Shown: in pieces, positions 34,354 to 49,019 of the stretch | Layout of the letters: the number at the start of each line of letters is the position of its first letter | How positions within the stretch are numbered: position 1 is the first letter of the stretch | Assembly (NCBI GenBank): GCA_964016885.1 | Contig: OZ024749.1 | Location: 31,434,001 to 31,498,000 of the forward strand | Direction: 5' to 3' | Length of the DNA stretch: 64,000 bases | Origin: Eledone cirrhosa | Taxonomy: Eukaryota | Made by a program: the position numbers and the translations under genes | Notes under the pieces: generated by a model | What the model was told of the DNA's origin: nothing | The model's database searches: none | What the model saw: the letters and a program-made list of their open reading frames with translations, nothing else

Positions 34354-35950
34354 ATGGTGGTGGTGGTGGTGGTGGTGGTGGTGGGACTAGTGGTAGTGGT
34401 GGAGTAGTGGGTGGTGGTGATGGTGGTGGGGGTAGTGGTGCTGGTGCTGGTGGTGCTGGGGCTAGTGGTAGTGGTGGTGGTGGTGTTGGTGGTGGTGTTG
34501 GTGTTGGTGGTGGTGTATAGTGAGAAGATAGTTGTGAAGGTATAAAAGGGATAGTGGTGGTGGGCTAGTGATGCTGGTGCTGGTGGTGCTGGGGCTAGTG
34601 GTAGTGGTAGTGGTGGTGGTGGTGGTGGTGGTGGTGGTGTTGGTGGTGGTGTATAGTGAGAAGATAGCTGTGAAGGTATAAGAGGGATAGTGGTGTTGGG
34701 GTAGTGGTGCTGGTGCTGGTGGTGCTGGGGCTAGTGGTAGTGGTAGTGGTGGTGGTGGTGGTGGTGGTGGTGTTGGTGGTGGTGGTGGGACTAGTGGTAG
34801 TGGTGGAGTAGTGGGTGGTGGTGATGGTGGTGGGGTAGTGGTGGTGGTGCTGGTGGTGCTGGGGCTAGTGGTAGTGGTAGTGGTGGTGGTGGTGGTGTTG
34901 GTGGTGGTGATGGGACTAGTGGTAGTGGTGGAGTAGTGGGTGGTGGTGATGGTGGTGGGGTAGTGGTGCTGGTGCTGGTGGTGCTGGGGCTAGTGGTAGT
35001 GGTGGTGGTGCTGGTGGGGTAGTGGTGGTGGTGGTGATGGTGGTGGGGTAGTGGTGGTGGTGGTGCTGGGGCTAGTGGTAGTGGTGGAGTAGTTGGTGTT
35101 GGTGGTGGTGGTGGGACTAGGGGTAGTGGTGGGGTAAAGGTGGTGGTGGGGTAGTGGTGGTGGTGCTGGTGTGCCGGGGCTAGTGGTAGTGGTGGAGTAG
35201 TTGTTGTTGGTGGTGGTGGTGGTGCTGGTGGTGGTGGTGCTGGTGGTGCTGGAGTAGTTGGTGGCGGTGTTGGTGGTACTGGGGCTAGTGGTAGTGGTGG
35301 TGGTGGGGGTGTGGTGGTGGTGGTGGAGTAGTGGGTGGTGGTGTTGGTGTGGTAAAGGTAGAAACCTACATTCCCTTGCCTCCTAGCTTCTTTTCAGCTT
35401 GTGTGAACAAGAAGCACCCGACAGCCCCATCACCCTCACCTTCACATACGCCAACACCAGCACCATTACCATCACCAACACCACCACCATCACCATCACC
35501 AACACCAACACCACCACCATCACCATCACCAACACCAACACCAGCATCATCCCCATCACCATCACCGTCACCAACACCAACACCACCACCATCATCAACA
35601 CCGTCACCATCACAAACACCACCACCATCACCAACACCGTCACCATCACCATCACCACCACCATCACCATCACCAACACCAGCATCATCACCAACACCAC
35701 CACCATCACCATCACCAACACCATCAATATAACCATTACCATCACCATTACCATCGCCTTCATCATTATCGCCATCATCATCACCAACACCATCACCACC
35801 ACCAACGCCATCACCATCATCATCACAAACACCACCACCGTCACCATCACTATCAACCATCACCATCGCCATCAACATCAGCATTACCGTCGCCATCATC
35901 ATCACCATCACCATCATCATTATCACACCGACACCACCACAACCACCATC
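34354..35950. repeat. (GGT)n-like block followed by (ACC/ATC)n-like block
   Basis: Degenerate trinucleotide arrays at 34354-35352 and 35425-35950. Confidence 0.9.
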
Positions 35951-36033
35951 ATGTCCTTTCAAATGGGTAGCCCATGTGTGACTGAGAGATCTGCAAGAAA
36001 TAACAGCCAAATGGCTGAAATGTTTCTCATCAA

Positions 36034-36112
<79 letters not shown>

Positions 36113-36115
36113 TCA

Positions 36116-36146
<31 letters not shown>

Positions 36147-36213
36147 CCTATCTGTCAAACAGTTATAGTCAAGGTGTAGCTTTTGTCTCCTTTGTTCTTT
36201 AATATTGCTTAGA

Positions 36214-36291
<78 letters not shown>

Positions 36292-36372
36292 TCTCTCTCT
36301 ATCTATCTATCTCTCAAACAGTTATAGTCAAGGTGTAGCTTTTGTCTCCTTTGTTCTTTAATATTGCTTAGA

Positions 36373-36460
<88 letters not shown>

Positions 36461-37046
36461 ACTATCTATCTATCTATCTATCTATCTATCTCTCTTTCTA
36501 CATATATATGATTTCCTTCGAAGGAAACAGTCCTAGTCCTGTAGAAGCCATTTCTATATTAAATGCTGTATATACTCTACTATGTATTGTGTACCTTACT
36601 GTGATTACCTCCCCCAATTGAACTTGGGATACACACATATATATGTATATATATATCTATCTATATATATATAATTATATATAATATATATACTGTATAC
36701 TCCAGTCCTACAAACTGTAGAGTGCTTCTTATCCGATATCTGCATTGCTTTATTGTACTACAATAAAACTCACCTCCTACATATAATTATATATATAGAG
36801 AGATAGTTATATATGTATATAGATATATAGAGAGTTGTTTCTACTTTTGGCACAAGGCCAGCAATTACCCAGTGTATTACTGGTACTTTATTTTATCGAC
36901 CTCGTAAGGACGAAAGGCAAAGTTAACGTCGACGGGAATTGAACTCAGTCCGTAAAGGGACGTAACTTTGCTGGAGAGCATGGTGTCCGACCTGCTACCG
37001 CCATTTCTATATATATATATATATATAGTGAAGTGATATAGATATT

Positions 37047-37262
37047 GATTGTGTGGCTGAGTGGTTAGAGAATTGGATTCACAATCGTGAGGTTGTGAGT
37101 TCGATTCCTGGACCAGGCGATGCGTTATGTCCTTGAACAAGACACTTTATTTCACATTGCTCCTTCTACCTGGAGTTGCGACCTATAGATAGTATTAGTA
37201 ATTGGAAAGACCAATGGAAACATAGTTTCCTCGGTCCGATTTCACGAAAGTCAATCGTTCTT
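37047..37262 (+). mobile_element. Second tRNA-derived SINE family, CORE-like (relatives at 8555-8755 and 29160-29490 on minus strand)
   Basis: Box A TGGCTGAGTGG, box B GTTCGATTCC, and a tgtccttgaacaagacacttta CORE-like segment. Confidence 0.75.
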
Positions 37263-37362
37263 ATATATATATAGATAAGTTCATCCCAGGTTCAATCGGG
37301 GGGTAACCGCAGTAACTAAAGTACTAAATACGTAGCAGAGTATAAATATTTAATATAGAAAT

Positions 37363-37412
37363 GGCTTCTACAGGACTAGAACTGTTTCATTCGGATAAAT
37401 CATCAGGAAGCC
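37363..37412 (-). ncRNA. Hammerhead ribozyme in palindrome arm
   Basis: Minus strand reads ggcttc-CTGATGA-tttatccgaat-GAA ACAG ttctagtc CTGT A-gaagcc. Confidence 0.7.
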
Positions 37413-37625
37413 TGATGATTTCACCTGAATGAAACTGTTCTAGTCCTGTATAAGCCATTTCTATATTAAATATATACACGTATATATTTAAAAAAAGGAA
37501 AAGAATGACTTCACTTGTAGTTCTAAACAATTTAATTTAATTTTATATTATAATTTTATATATATATTATAAGAACAGATTAAAGTTTAAACAAAGAATC
37601 GCTGATTCACCCTTAACAGGATCTT

Positions 37626-37660
<35 letters not shown>

Positions 37661-37924
37661 GGGGGGAATAAACTGAGAAAGGTGAGAGAGAGAGAGAGAA
37701 CATAGAAAGGGGAAAACAGTTTCCCATTATGATAAACAACGGAATGTTTGTATTTATTATAATATAAAGTTTTGTTGCCGGGAAAATATTAACCTATGTT
37801 GGATATCTGAGGACATATTCTGAAATTGGACTGGGAGAGAGACAGAGAGAGAGAGGGAGGAGAGCGAGGGAATGCGCAGAGAGAGAGATAGAGGGAGTGC
37901 GTTGAAAGAGATGCAGAGGGCATC

Positions 37925-38091
37925 TACAGGGAAAATTCCGTTATAACGAATACCATTATAACGAATTTTCAGCATAACGAAATTTTTTTTCAGTTATACG
38001 CTCAATGTGTTTCCATCGATCTCGTTATAAAGAATTTTTCGTTACAACGAATTTTTTTATACCCCGTAAATTTCGTTATTATATTTCACTG
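37925..38091. mobile_element. Tigger-type MITE
   Basis: TA-CAGGGAAA..(TAACGAA repeats)..TTTCACTG-TA. Confidence 0.6.
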
Positions 38092-38097
38092 TATATA

Positions 38098-38283
38098 GGG
38101 CGGTGATTGGCAGTATCGATAGATGGTCGGACGCCATGCTTTCCAGCATAGTTACGTCCCTTTACGATCTGAGTTCAAATCCCGCAGAGGTTGACTTTGC
38201 CTTTCATCCTTACGGGGTCGATAGAATAAAGTACCAGTAATGCACTGGGTAATTGCTGGCCTTGTGCCTAAAGTAGAAACAAT
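38098..38283 (+). mobile_element. tRNA-derived MetaSINE-type SINE, full length, with ~20-bp target-site duplication
   Basis: Box A TGGCAGTATCG and box B GTTCAAATCC, gcctttcatccttacggggtcgata core. TSD attatatttcactgtatata at 38078-38097 and 38282-38301. Confidence 0.9.
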
Positions 38284-38485
38284 TATATTTCACTGTATAT
38301 ATATATATATATACATTAAATGAAGTAATTCCGTCTGAAAAGTCCAGGAAAAAAGAGTGCTCTATGTAGGTAACATAGCTTAATAGTTATGTAATAAACA
38401 ACATAAGGCAATTATTCCATTTACCAGTGGTTTCTTAAAAGCAAAAAATTTTGCTTTCAATCCTCAGAATGAAAAAGGATTTTTT

Positions 38486-38539
38486 CATTCTGAGGATTGA
38501 AAGCAAAATTTTTTGCTTTTAAGAAACCACTGGTAAATG
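38486..38539 (+). ncRNA. Hammerhead ribozyme in palindrome arm (mirror ~38417-38472)
   Basis: catt-CTGAGGA-ttgaaagcaaaa tt ttttgcttttaa-GAAAC-cactg-GTA-aatg. Confidence 0.8.
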
Positions 38540-38598
38540 GAATAATTGCCTTATGTTGTTTATTACATAACTATATATTCATTAGACAGAGATGTTAT

Positions 38599-38666
38599 CT
38601 CTGTCTGATGACCGATCCAGACGTATACTAATATTGTCTGGGATCCAGAAACCTTTGGTAATGGAG
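38599..38666 (+). ncRNA. Hammerhead ribozyme, related family
   Basis: ctctgt-CTGATGA-ccgatccagac..gtctgggatcca-GAAAC-ctttg-GTA-atggag. Confidence 0.62.
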
Positions 38667-38759
38667 TAGTTATATGTTGTGGCGTTCACTTTCTAATTAA
38701 ATAGCTCTGCTCTATACATAGAGCACTCATTTTTCCTTTGCTTTTTCTTCGGAATTACC

Positions 38760-38866
38760 TAACACACACACACACACACACACACACATTCACACACATA
38801 TATATATGTGAGTGTGTGTGTGTATATATATATGTATATATATGTGTGTGTGTCTATGTATATATG

Positions 38867-38901
<35 letters not shown>

Positions 38902-39014
38902 ATATATGTATATATATATATGTGTGTGTATATATATGTATATATATATATATGTGTGTGTGTATGTATATATATGTATATATATATATATATGTGTGTG
39001 TGAGTGTGTGTATA

Positions 39015-39056
<42 letters not shown>

Positions 39057-39102
39057 CGTATGTATATATAAGTATATATATATATGTGGGTGTGTGTGTA
39101 TA

Positions 39103-39155
<53 letters not shown>

Positions 39156-39192
39156 ATGTATATATATGTATATATATATATATATGTGTGTG

Positions 39193-39223
<31 letters not shown>

Positions 39224-39674
39224 ATATATATGTATATATATATGTGTGTGTGTATGTATATATATGTATATATATATATATATGTGTGTGTGTGTATGTA
39301 TATATATGTGTGTGTGTGAGTGTGTGTGTATATATGTATATATATTTATATATATGTGTGTGTGTGTGTATATATATACATATATATATGTGTGTGTGTA
39401 TGTGCGTATATATATATGTATATATATATATATATGTGTGTGTGTATGTATATATAAGTATATATATATATATGTGTGTGTGTGTATAAATATGTATATA
39501 TATATATATGTGTGTGTGTGTATGTATATATATATGTATATATATATATGTGTGTGTGTGTATATATATGTGTGTGTGTGTGTGTATATATATAAGTATA
39601 TATATATATGTGTGTGTGTATATATATGTATATATATATATATATATATGTGTATATATATGTGTATATATATG

Positions 39675-39713
<39 letters not shown>

Positions 39714-39795
39714 GTGTGTGTGTGTATGTGTATATAAGTATATATATATATATGTGTGTGTGTGCGTGTGTGTGCACTATATCTATCTATCTCTC

Positions 39796-39832
<37 letters not shown>

Positions 39833-40491
39833 ATAATATATATATATATACAGTGAGAGAGAGAGGGGGGAGAGGGAGAGAGAGAGAGAGACAGAGTAAA
39901 GGAAGGAGCACCAAGGTTAACGAGTGTATTCAATAAAGTAAATAAGTATGCATGTGTGAATGTGTGTGTAACCTTGTTCATATGAATACGCATGTCTATG
40001 TATATGCATGTGTATGTGTGTGCACGTGTGTAAGCCACGCGTCTGCGGTTTTACATGAGTGCCATTTTACGTGAGCACGTGATTACGGGTATAAGTGTGC
40101 ATGTGTACACGTGTGCATGTGTACACGTGTGCGCTGTTGCACGCGTGTATATATATGTATATAAAACGAACTGATGTCTGTGTGTGTGGGTGTGTGTGTG
40201 TGTGTATACATGACTTTGAATATGCGTCTGTGTGTATACATGAATGTGTGTGTGTGTGTGTGTCTGTGTATAATTATGACTTTCTGTGTGTGTGTATGTG
40301 TACATGGTTGTGTGTGTGTGTGTATGTGTGTACATGGCTTTGTGTGTGTGCGTGTGTGCGTGTGTGTGTACATGCATGGATTTGTGTGTCTGTATATACA
40401 TTACTTTGTGTGTATGCGTCTGTGTGTATACAAGGATTTGTGTGTGTGTGTGTGCGTGTATATATATACATGGATTTATGTGTGTGTGTGA

Positions 40492-40539
<48 letters not shown>

Positions 40540-40632
40540 ACATGACTTTGTGTATGTGCGTTTGATTCTATTTTGAGATACTTTTGTAAGGGTGGATGGG
40601 AAAGTATATCTACGTGTGACAGTGACAGGAGC

Positions 40633-40719
<87 letters not shown>

Positions 40720-41085
40720 TGTGTGTCTCTCTGTGTGTGTTTGTGTGTGTGTGTGTGCATGTATACGTGTATGCATGAATTTGTGTGTGGTGTGTGTTTG
40801 TGTGTGTGTGCTTTTGTATATGTTTGTATATGTGTGTGAGTATTTTAAGACATACTTTGTGAGTGGAGGGAGGGGATATATATGCAGATCTGACAATAAG
40901 AATGTATATAAGTATGCATGCCAATGTGTGTGTGTGTGTGTTTGCGTGATTTTGTCTGTGTGCATGCGTGTGCTTGACTATGTGTGTGTATATATATATA
41001 TTTATATATATATATATATGTATGTATGCATATATATATATACACGTACATATATATATGTGTGTGTGTGTTTGTGTGTATATGG
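38760..41085. repeat. Long compound (TA)n/(TG)n microsatellite field (one of many in the window)
   Basis: Direct reading of the sequence. Confidence 0.95.
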
Positions 41086-41399
41086 GGGGAGGCGAGGCTG
41101 AGAGGTTGGGTGTGGGGGAGCTTAAGGAGCAGCAGGCGTGCAAACGTCGGACGCAAGAGTGAAATCATGAATTAGTCACGTGCACAGGCTAACTTTGCAT
41201 GAGTGATCCACCCGTGGTGTCAGCGCCCACCCTAGGAGTGAAGACAGCTAGGGTGTCGACTAGAGGGAGGAGGAGGGGTTGGTGTAAACGGGGATTAGAA
41301 GAAGAAGACGTCGATAACATATATATACATACACACATATATTATCTATTTAAACATATAATTGTATATATATATATATATATGTGTGTGTGTACACAC

Positions 41400-41460
<61 letters not shown>

Positions 41461-41989
41461 CTCTATATATATCAAATTCTTTATCTCTCTGTCTGTCTTT
41501 TCCTTATGCATTCCCAAACGGGTCGACCAAATCTAATAAGAGTGCCAACATCTAATATTCATTTTCATTTGGATTAAAACAATATAACACTTTAACTAAA
41601 ATAATCTACTATAGACAACTATAAATAAACGGATATTTTATAACACGACGACGACTTCACATTTTGTGTATAAATGTGTATGTGTCTGTGAGTGTGTGTT
41701 TGCACGTTCGTTACGTACGTTAAGCCTTAGTAACTTACAAACACACAAATCTTCACGTAAATACTTAATCAGATACACAGACGAGAGAATTAAACAGACA
41801 CACACATCTACACATACTGATACATACATGTTTCGCGGCCAGCGACTCCGATTCAAACGCTGGTTTACACACACACAAACACACGCACACATATACACAC
41901 ACGCGCGTGAGCACACAAACATACACATTTATATACAATTATCTATATCTATCTATCTATATATATATATATATATTATATAAAATATA

Positions 41990-42180
41990 GGGCGGGGGAT
42001 TGGCAGTATTGGTAGAGGGTCGGACGCCATGCTTTGACATATGGGGTTACGGCCCTTGCCATTCTGAGTTCAAATCCCGCCAAGGTTAACTTTGCCTTTC
42101 ATCCTTACGGGGTCGATAAAATAAAGTACCAGTAATGCACTGGGTAATTGCTGGCCTTGTGCCTAACGTAGAAACAATTA
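41990..42180 (+). mobile_element. Same SINE family, full length
   Basis: TSD attatataaaatat on both sides. Confidence 0.9.
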
Positions 42181-42189
42181 TATAAAATA

Positions 42190-42731
42190 TTGGAATTTCC
42201 ATCATCTTTTTGAGAAACGTGGATCCGCTACTTCTATGCAATGGCGCACATTTTACAGTCAGGCGGATGAGGAACCATCTCTTGGAGGTCACTATTCTTG
42301 GAAACAATCATCAAAGAAAAAATGCTTTTATTCCCAAGATTACTCTTATCCCTTCCACTATTCCGCTGCCGTTCAAATTCCCAAGACGTCAGTTCCAAGT
42401 TAGAACTATTTTTGCTAAGACCATAAATAAAGCTCAGACTCAAAGTCTCAAGGTTGTAGAATTGAATATGAGAAAATGCGTTTTTAATCATGGACTGTTA
42501 CTTGTAGGTTGTTTACGAGTGGGAACTATTAGAAATCTTCATATATACACCCACTAACAATAAAACGAAGAATTTGGTGTATCTAGAAGATTGATTACTT
42601 TTTTATTTTGTCACACACACCACTGTTCGCCTCATACTGTAAACCAGACAAAAATCCAATACAGTCATTTTCTCTTCTACCTGTCTTCTCATATCATCTG
42701 TTTACCCTAACGAATCTGGGTACAACAGCTA

Positions 42732-42732
<1 letters not shown>
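42190..42732 (+). mobile_element. Helitron 3' remnant: PIF1-like helicase C-terminus, subterminal hairpin and CTAG end
   Basis: LRNVDP..LCNG..FIPKI..FKFPRRQF..FAKTINKAQ.QSL..VFNHG motifs, then taccc..gggta followed by CTAG|T at 42729-42733. Confidence 0.88.
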
Positions 42733-42769
<37 letters not shown>

Positions 42770-42856
42770 CGTTTTGAATTTTTTTGCGAGATTTCTTATC
42801 TGAAAACGTGTGTTGAAACAGATATTGTTATACTTTGGGAGTGTGTTTCTATTGGC

Positions 42857-42912
<56 letters not shown>

Positions 42913-42933
42913 CACACGCACACACATATATAC

Positions 42934-42965
<32 letters not shown>

Positions 42966-43874
42966 GTATATATATATATATATATAGTTATGTAATAAAC
43001 AACATAAGATAATGAAATAATTATCTTATGGTGTTTATTACATAACTAAAAAGCTCTGTAGCCTACATAGAGCACTCTCTTTTTCTTTACCTTTCCTATG
43101 GAAACACTTCATATATATATAAATATAATTTCAGTGAGATCGTATTTCGGCGGGGGCCAAAAACAAAGCGAGACTCAATCTTCGAGATATGCGTCAAGCG
43201 CTCAATGGTCTAAAAGAAGACCAGAGCAATTAACACACGTTATAAGGACCAGACAAAATGCGTGCATGTGTGCGTGCGTGTGTGCGCGCGCGTGCGTGCG
43301 TGCATGCGCTTGTGTGTGTGTGGTCTCCCCACAGCCCCGGTGGACAGAATCAGGGACTACGTTGAAAAATAAACCTCATTTGGTTTTTCCGTGAGAGTAT
43401 CTTGGTCAGTCTAGGAATTGTTCAGCCAACCTTCGTATATTATGTCATACGATGATGTTAGCAACATTCACATGGACAGAAGCATTCGTTGAAGTAGGTA
43501 TATAATATACGAAGCATTAATACTATTCAAAATCCTATTATTTTCCTATTTGCTTCTAAGGAGCTTTCCAACATCGATGAATAAACAATAAACAATTTAA
43601 TTGATCTCAAGTAATATACTTTTAATTTCCACATTTTTTTCAACATTGTTTATCATTTATTATATTAAATTTTATTTCTTAAATTTTTTCTTCCATCAAT
43701 TTTTTTTCCTTTTTGAAAACTACTTAAGCAAGTTTTATTCGTTTTAAATAAAAAAAATTAATAACATATTTTAAGATGATTCTGTTTTTGCTTCTGAATT
43801 ACATTCTTTTATTAATCAGAAACATGCTGTAACAACAACAACAACAACAACAACAACAGCAGCAGCCGTTATTA

Positions 43875-43970
<96 letters not shown>

Positions 43971-44045
43971 TAGTAATCTTTCGACAGTACTAATAAAATG
44001 AATTCCTCGTTCGTAGTCTTTGAGTGTAGATTCAAATCAAAGTAA

Positions 44046-44095
<50 letters not shown>

Positions 44096-44341
44096 CATAC
44101 ATGTATACATATATATTCATATATGTATGAACAAATACTCATAAACGCATATATAGTATATATATATAAATACAGACATATATATATATGTATGTGTGTG
44201 TGTGTGCATATATATATATATATCCATATCATATTTTAATCATTGTTTAAGGAGCTCATTTTAACTATTTTCCATACCTCTTTCTTTCTCTCTACCTCCT
44301 TCTCTTCCTCTCTCTCTCTCACACACACACTATATATATAT

Positions 44342-44372
<31 letters not shown>

Positions 44373-44462
44373 TAATTACAATATCCCCTCTCTTCCTCCC
44401 CCACTCTCACTATAACTCTCTTCCACCCTCATCTCTCTCTCTCTCTCTCACTCTCTCTCTCA

Positions 44463-44577
<115 letters not shown>

Positions 44578-44709
44578 TACATACATATATATATATATAT
44601 ACATATATACATACACATATATATATATATTTATATATATATATATATATATATAATTACAATATACCCTCTCTTCCTGCCCCACTCTCACTATAACTCT
44701 CTTCCACCC

Positions 44710-44784
<75 letters not shown>

Positions 44785-45039
44785 TCTCTCTCTCTTTCCT
44801 TTTCTAATACTTATGTTCGAATTAATATAACCTCCAGTATCAGAAACTTCCACTAACAGCTGCAATACTGCACAAACTTCAACTGTAGAGCAAACATTTT
44901 CAATTTCCAGTGACAATGACTGTCTGACTGTCTGAATGTCTGACTCTCTGACTGTCTGACTGTCTGACTGTCTGACTCTCTGACTGTCTGTCTGCCTGAC
45001 TGTCTGTGTGTCAGCCTGTCTGTCTGTCTGTGTGTCAGT

Positions 45040-45316
45040 GTGTCGGAATATCCGTGTGTCGGTCGGTCGTCTGTGACTTACTGTGTATGCGTGTGTGTGT
45101 GTGTGTGTGTGTATGTGTGTATGTGTGTGTATGTGTGTGTTTGTGAGTTAGTGTCGGTCTGTGACTTACTGTGTATGTGTGGGTGGGTGTGTGTGTTAGT
45201 TTGTGTATGTGTGTGTGTGTATGTGTGTATGTGTGTGTATGTGTGTGTGTGTGAGTTAGTGTCTCTGTATATCCGTGTGTCGGTCTGTGACTTACTGTGT
45301 ATGTGTGTGTGTGTGT

Positions 45317-45350
<34 letters not shown>

Positions 45351-45418
45351 CTGTGTGTCAGTGTCTCTGTATATCCGTGTGTCGGTCTGTGACTTACTGT
45401 GTATGTGTGTGTGTGTGT

Positions 45419-45455
<37 letters not shown>

Positions 45456-46030
45456 TGTGTGTCACTGTCTCTGTATATCCGTGTGTCGGTCTGTGACTTG
45501 CTGTGTATGTGTGTGTGTATGTGTGTGTGTGTGTGGGGGGGGGGGGTATGTGTGTGTTAGTTTGTGTATGTGTGTGTTAGTTTGTGTATGTGTGTGTGTG
45601 TGTGTGTGTGTTTGTGAGTTAGTGTCTCTGTATATCCGTGTGTCGGTCTACGACTTACTGTGTATGTGTGTGTCTGTGTGTGTGTGTCCATGTATGTGTG
45701 TGTGTGTGTGTGTGTGTTTGTGAGTTAGTGTCTCTGTATATCCGTGTGTCGGTCTATGACTGACTATGTCCGTGTGTGTCTGTGTGTGTGTGTCCGTGTA
45801 TGTGTGTGTGTGTGAATGTATGTGTATGTGTGTATGTGTGTATGTGTGTGTGTGTGTGTGTCAGTGTCTCTGTATATCCGTGTGTCGGTCTGTGACTTAC
45901 TGTGTATGTGTGTGTGTGTGTATGTGTGTGTGTATGTGTGTGTGTGTGTGTGTCAGTGTCTCTATATATCCGTGTGTCGGTCTGTGACTTACTGTGTATG
46001 TGTGTGTGTGTATGTGTATGTGTGTATGTG

Positions 46031-46063
<33 letters not shown>

Positions 46064-46150
46064 CAGTGTCTCTGTATATCCGTGTGTCGGTCTGTGACTT
46101 ACTGTGTATGTGTATGTATGTGTGTGTGTCCGTGTATGTGTGTGTGTGTG
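45040..46150. repeat. Compound minisatellite: ~40-bp core separated by variable (GT)n
   Basis: gtgtctctgtatatccgtgtgtcggtctgtgacttactgt repeated about 10 times. Confidence 0.9.
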
Positions 46151-46480
46151 TCCGTATATGTGTGTGTATATATGTGTGTGTGTGTATGTCTTTCCGAGGG
46201 TCCGTTTCTGGTTCTGTTCGGGTTATTATGTATGTGTCTGTGTATGTATATTGTTGTACATATATGTGTGTGTATCAGTGTATATGTGTGTATGTATATC
46301 TGTGTACCTTGGTGTCTGTACACCTGTGTGTATGTGTGCCTGTGTACATGCATATGTGTGTGTGTACGTGTGTATGTTTAGCTTATTATCTTAACTATAA
46401 TAAAGGAAGGTCTGCGGGACTGCGTCCAGAATATTTGTTTTACCCCGTTTGTAAAATAAGTTGGATTACTTTGAATAAAT

Positions 46481-46835
46481 AATTGTTTCTACTTTTGGCA
46501 CAAGGCCAGCAAATACACAGTTCATTACTGGTACTTTATTTTATCGACCTCATAAGGATAAAAGGCAAAGTTAACCTCGGCGGGATTTGAACTCAGATCG
46601 TAAAGGGACGTAACTATGCTGGAAAGCATGTCCTTTGAATAAATAATTGTTTCTACTTTTGGCACAAGGCCAGCAAATTCACCAGTACATTACTGGTACT
46701 TTATTTTATCGACCCCGTAAGGATGAAAGGCAAAGTTAACCTCGGCGAGATTTGAACTCAGATCATAAAGGGCCGTAACTCTTTGCTGCAAAGCATGGCG
46801 TCCGACTCTCTACCGATACTGCCAATCCACCGCCC
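46481..46835 (-). mobile_element. Tandem SINE pair
   Basis: ctttgaataaataat occurs three times: left, middle and right. Confidence 0.85.
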
Positions 46836-47529
46836 TTTGAATAAATAATGAATAAATATTACATAATTTGTGTGCTAAATTTCGTGGCTGTTCATTAAAT
46901 ATATTTTATAGCTTATTTAAAGATCTTTAAAATTCAATTCTTTAAAATTATCAAATGTCAACACTTCCGGTTAACGGCCATTGTATTATAACACTTATAA
47001 TCGCATATATTTCCGTCACTAATTTTCTCCTAATGCAGTTTATATATAATGTCGTCTTTTTTTCAATATATCATGGATTACTGATTACAGGAGACAGTGT
47101 AGCATAGGCTTTGTTCAATTTCTGTGTATATTGTCAATTACGATTTTATTTGATGTATCATATCTACATGCATATATATTTGTGTATAATATCAATATAC
47201 ACACTACACGTGCTAGCAGAAAACCACACGTTTGGTGGTTTTTCTGCTAGTATAGGTAATAAAATAAACGTTGATGTTTAGAGTTATGATTGTCAGGTTA
47301 TGATATGTGTGTTTATAACATGTCTACCTGTCATACACTTATAAAGGTACATTAAGGGTGATTTTTCTGGGTAAATATATATATGCATGCATGTATGTAT
47401 GTATGTATGTATGTATGTATGTATGTATGTATGTATGTATGTATTTGTGTGCATGTATGTATGTATGTATCTATGTATGGGTGTATGTATGTATGTATAT
47501 ATATGTGTATGTATGTATGCATGTATGTA

Positions 47530-47663
<134 letters not shown>

Positions 47664-47821
47664 AGTCTTAGGAACAAAAACAGAGAGGCAGTACAAATAT
47701 GAGTTTATTAGGTTCACGCTTGTGAGAGTGGGGGTATATATATATATATATATATATATGGAGGTACGAAATTCAACGAAAAACTCAAAAACTGTCCGTC
47801 ACACTAATAGTTTTACCAATT

Positions 47822-47863
<42 letters not shown>

Positions 47864-48057
47864 TGAGATTCTACAGGACTAGAACTGTTTCATTCTTTAG
47901 AAATCATCAGGAATCATGAGATTCCTGATAATTTCTAAAGAATGAAACAGTTCTAGTCCTGTAGAATCTCATCTATATTAAAACTTTTATACACTCTGCA
48001 ATGTATTGAGTACCTTACTTACTGTGGTTACCTCCGATTCAACCCGGAATAACGTAC

Positions 48058-48102
<45 letters not shown>

Positions 48103-48104
48103 TG

Positions 48105-48900
48105 TTTTGGCTGGCCATTGGTGTTAGAGGAGCTCGTTGCTGCTGCCCTCAGGTTACCTTCGTACCGTGCTGTGGGCTCATCCGAGATCCTGGATAGCAG
48201 AGTGTGAAGATGTTTCTTGAAAACATTCACGTCACGCCATGCAGATCTCTCAAATTTCTTAACTGCTTGTTGAAGAGTTGAGGACCTTCTAGGTGTGAAA
48301 GACGGGACCTTTGGTACCACAGAGTGAAGTCCTGTTCGGGAGTTGGTCCAATGCCATGGTTTGGTGCTAGTCCCTCCAGGATTTTCCATATGTATATCAC
48401 TGCGTACCTCTCCCGTCTTCCTTCCAAGGAGTAGAGTTTTTTTCAATTCTTTTAGTGTGTCACAGTAGCTCATCTCCTTCATCGTGACAATCCTCTTTGT
48501 GTAGCTTCGTTGGATTGCCTCAAACTCCGTGTTTAGTTTGATACTATGGGGTGACCACAGTTGTAAGCAGTAGTCCAGTCGGCTAGAAGAGATGTCCTCC
48601 ATATTATCAACATGGTCTCACGGTCGCTTGTCCGGAAAGTCCTCAAGATCCAGCCAACGAGTCGTCTGCACATTGTCGCCACCCTCATGATGTGTGAAGA
48701 AAAAGATGCTTCATCACTCAAATCTATCCCCAGGTCTCGTATCCATTTCGATCCCTCATGGTCCGGTGTAGTTCTGTGCTAATGTCTTTGTGATAGCAGG
48801 TTGATATTGTGTGGTTTGCCATTTTCCAACATTAAATTGCATTTTGTTGTTCTCAGCCCATTTGTATATGGCATCCAGATCTTGTTGTAAGATGGCAGCA
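48105..48900 (-). mobile_element. Degenerate CR1/L2-like LINE, RT C-terminal region
   Basis: LQQDLDAIYKWAENNKMQFN, DLGI..FSSHI, GWILRTF, SRLDYCLQLWSP and EAIQR motifs across frameshifts. Confidence 0.85.
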
Positions 48901-48915
48901 CACACACACATACAA

Positions 48916-49019
<104 letters not shown>

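Larger units (their letters stand above)
38350..38760. mobile_element. Compound palindromic hammerhead element (relatives at 42985-43110 and 49800-49970)
   Basis: Arms 38384-38573. Shared tail atagctctg..tacatagagcactc. Confidence 0.72.

Noticed and set aside
35331-36202. Pro/Ser/Thr mucin-like and Gly/Asp-rich ORFs
   Set aside because: Triplet-repeat artefacts open in several frames on both strands, upstream of an ATG that already has an in-frame stop before it.
37047-37120. tRNA gene
   Set aside because: The A/B boxes continue into a SINE body present in other copies, and no complete cloverleaf is evident.
45040-46150. Repeat-spacer pattern resembling a CRISPR array
   Set aside because: The spacers are (GT)n rather than unique sequence, the context is eukaryotic, and there are no cas genes.
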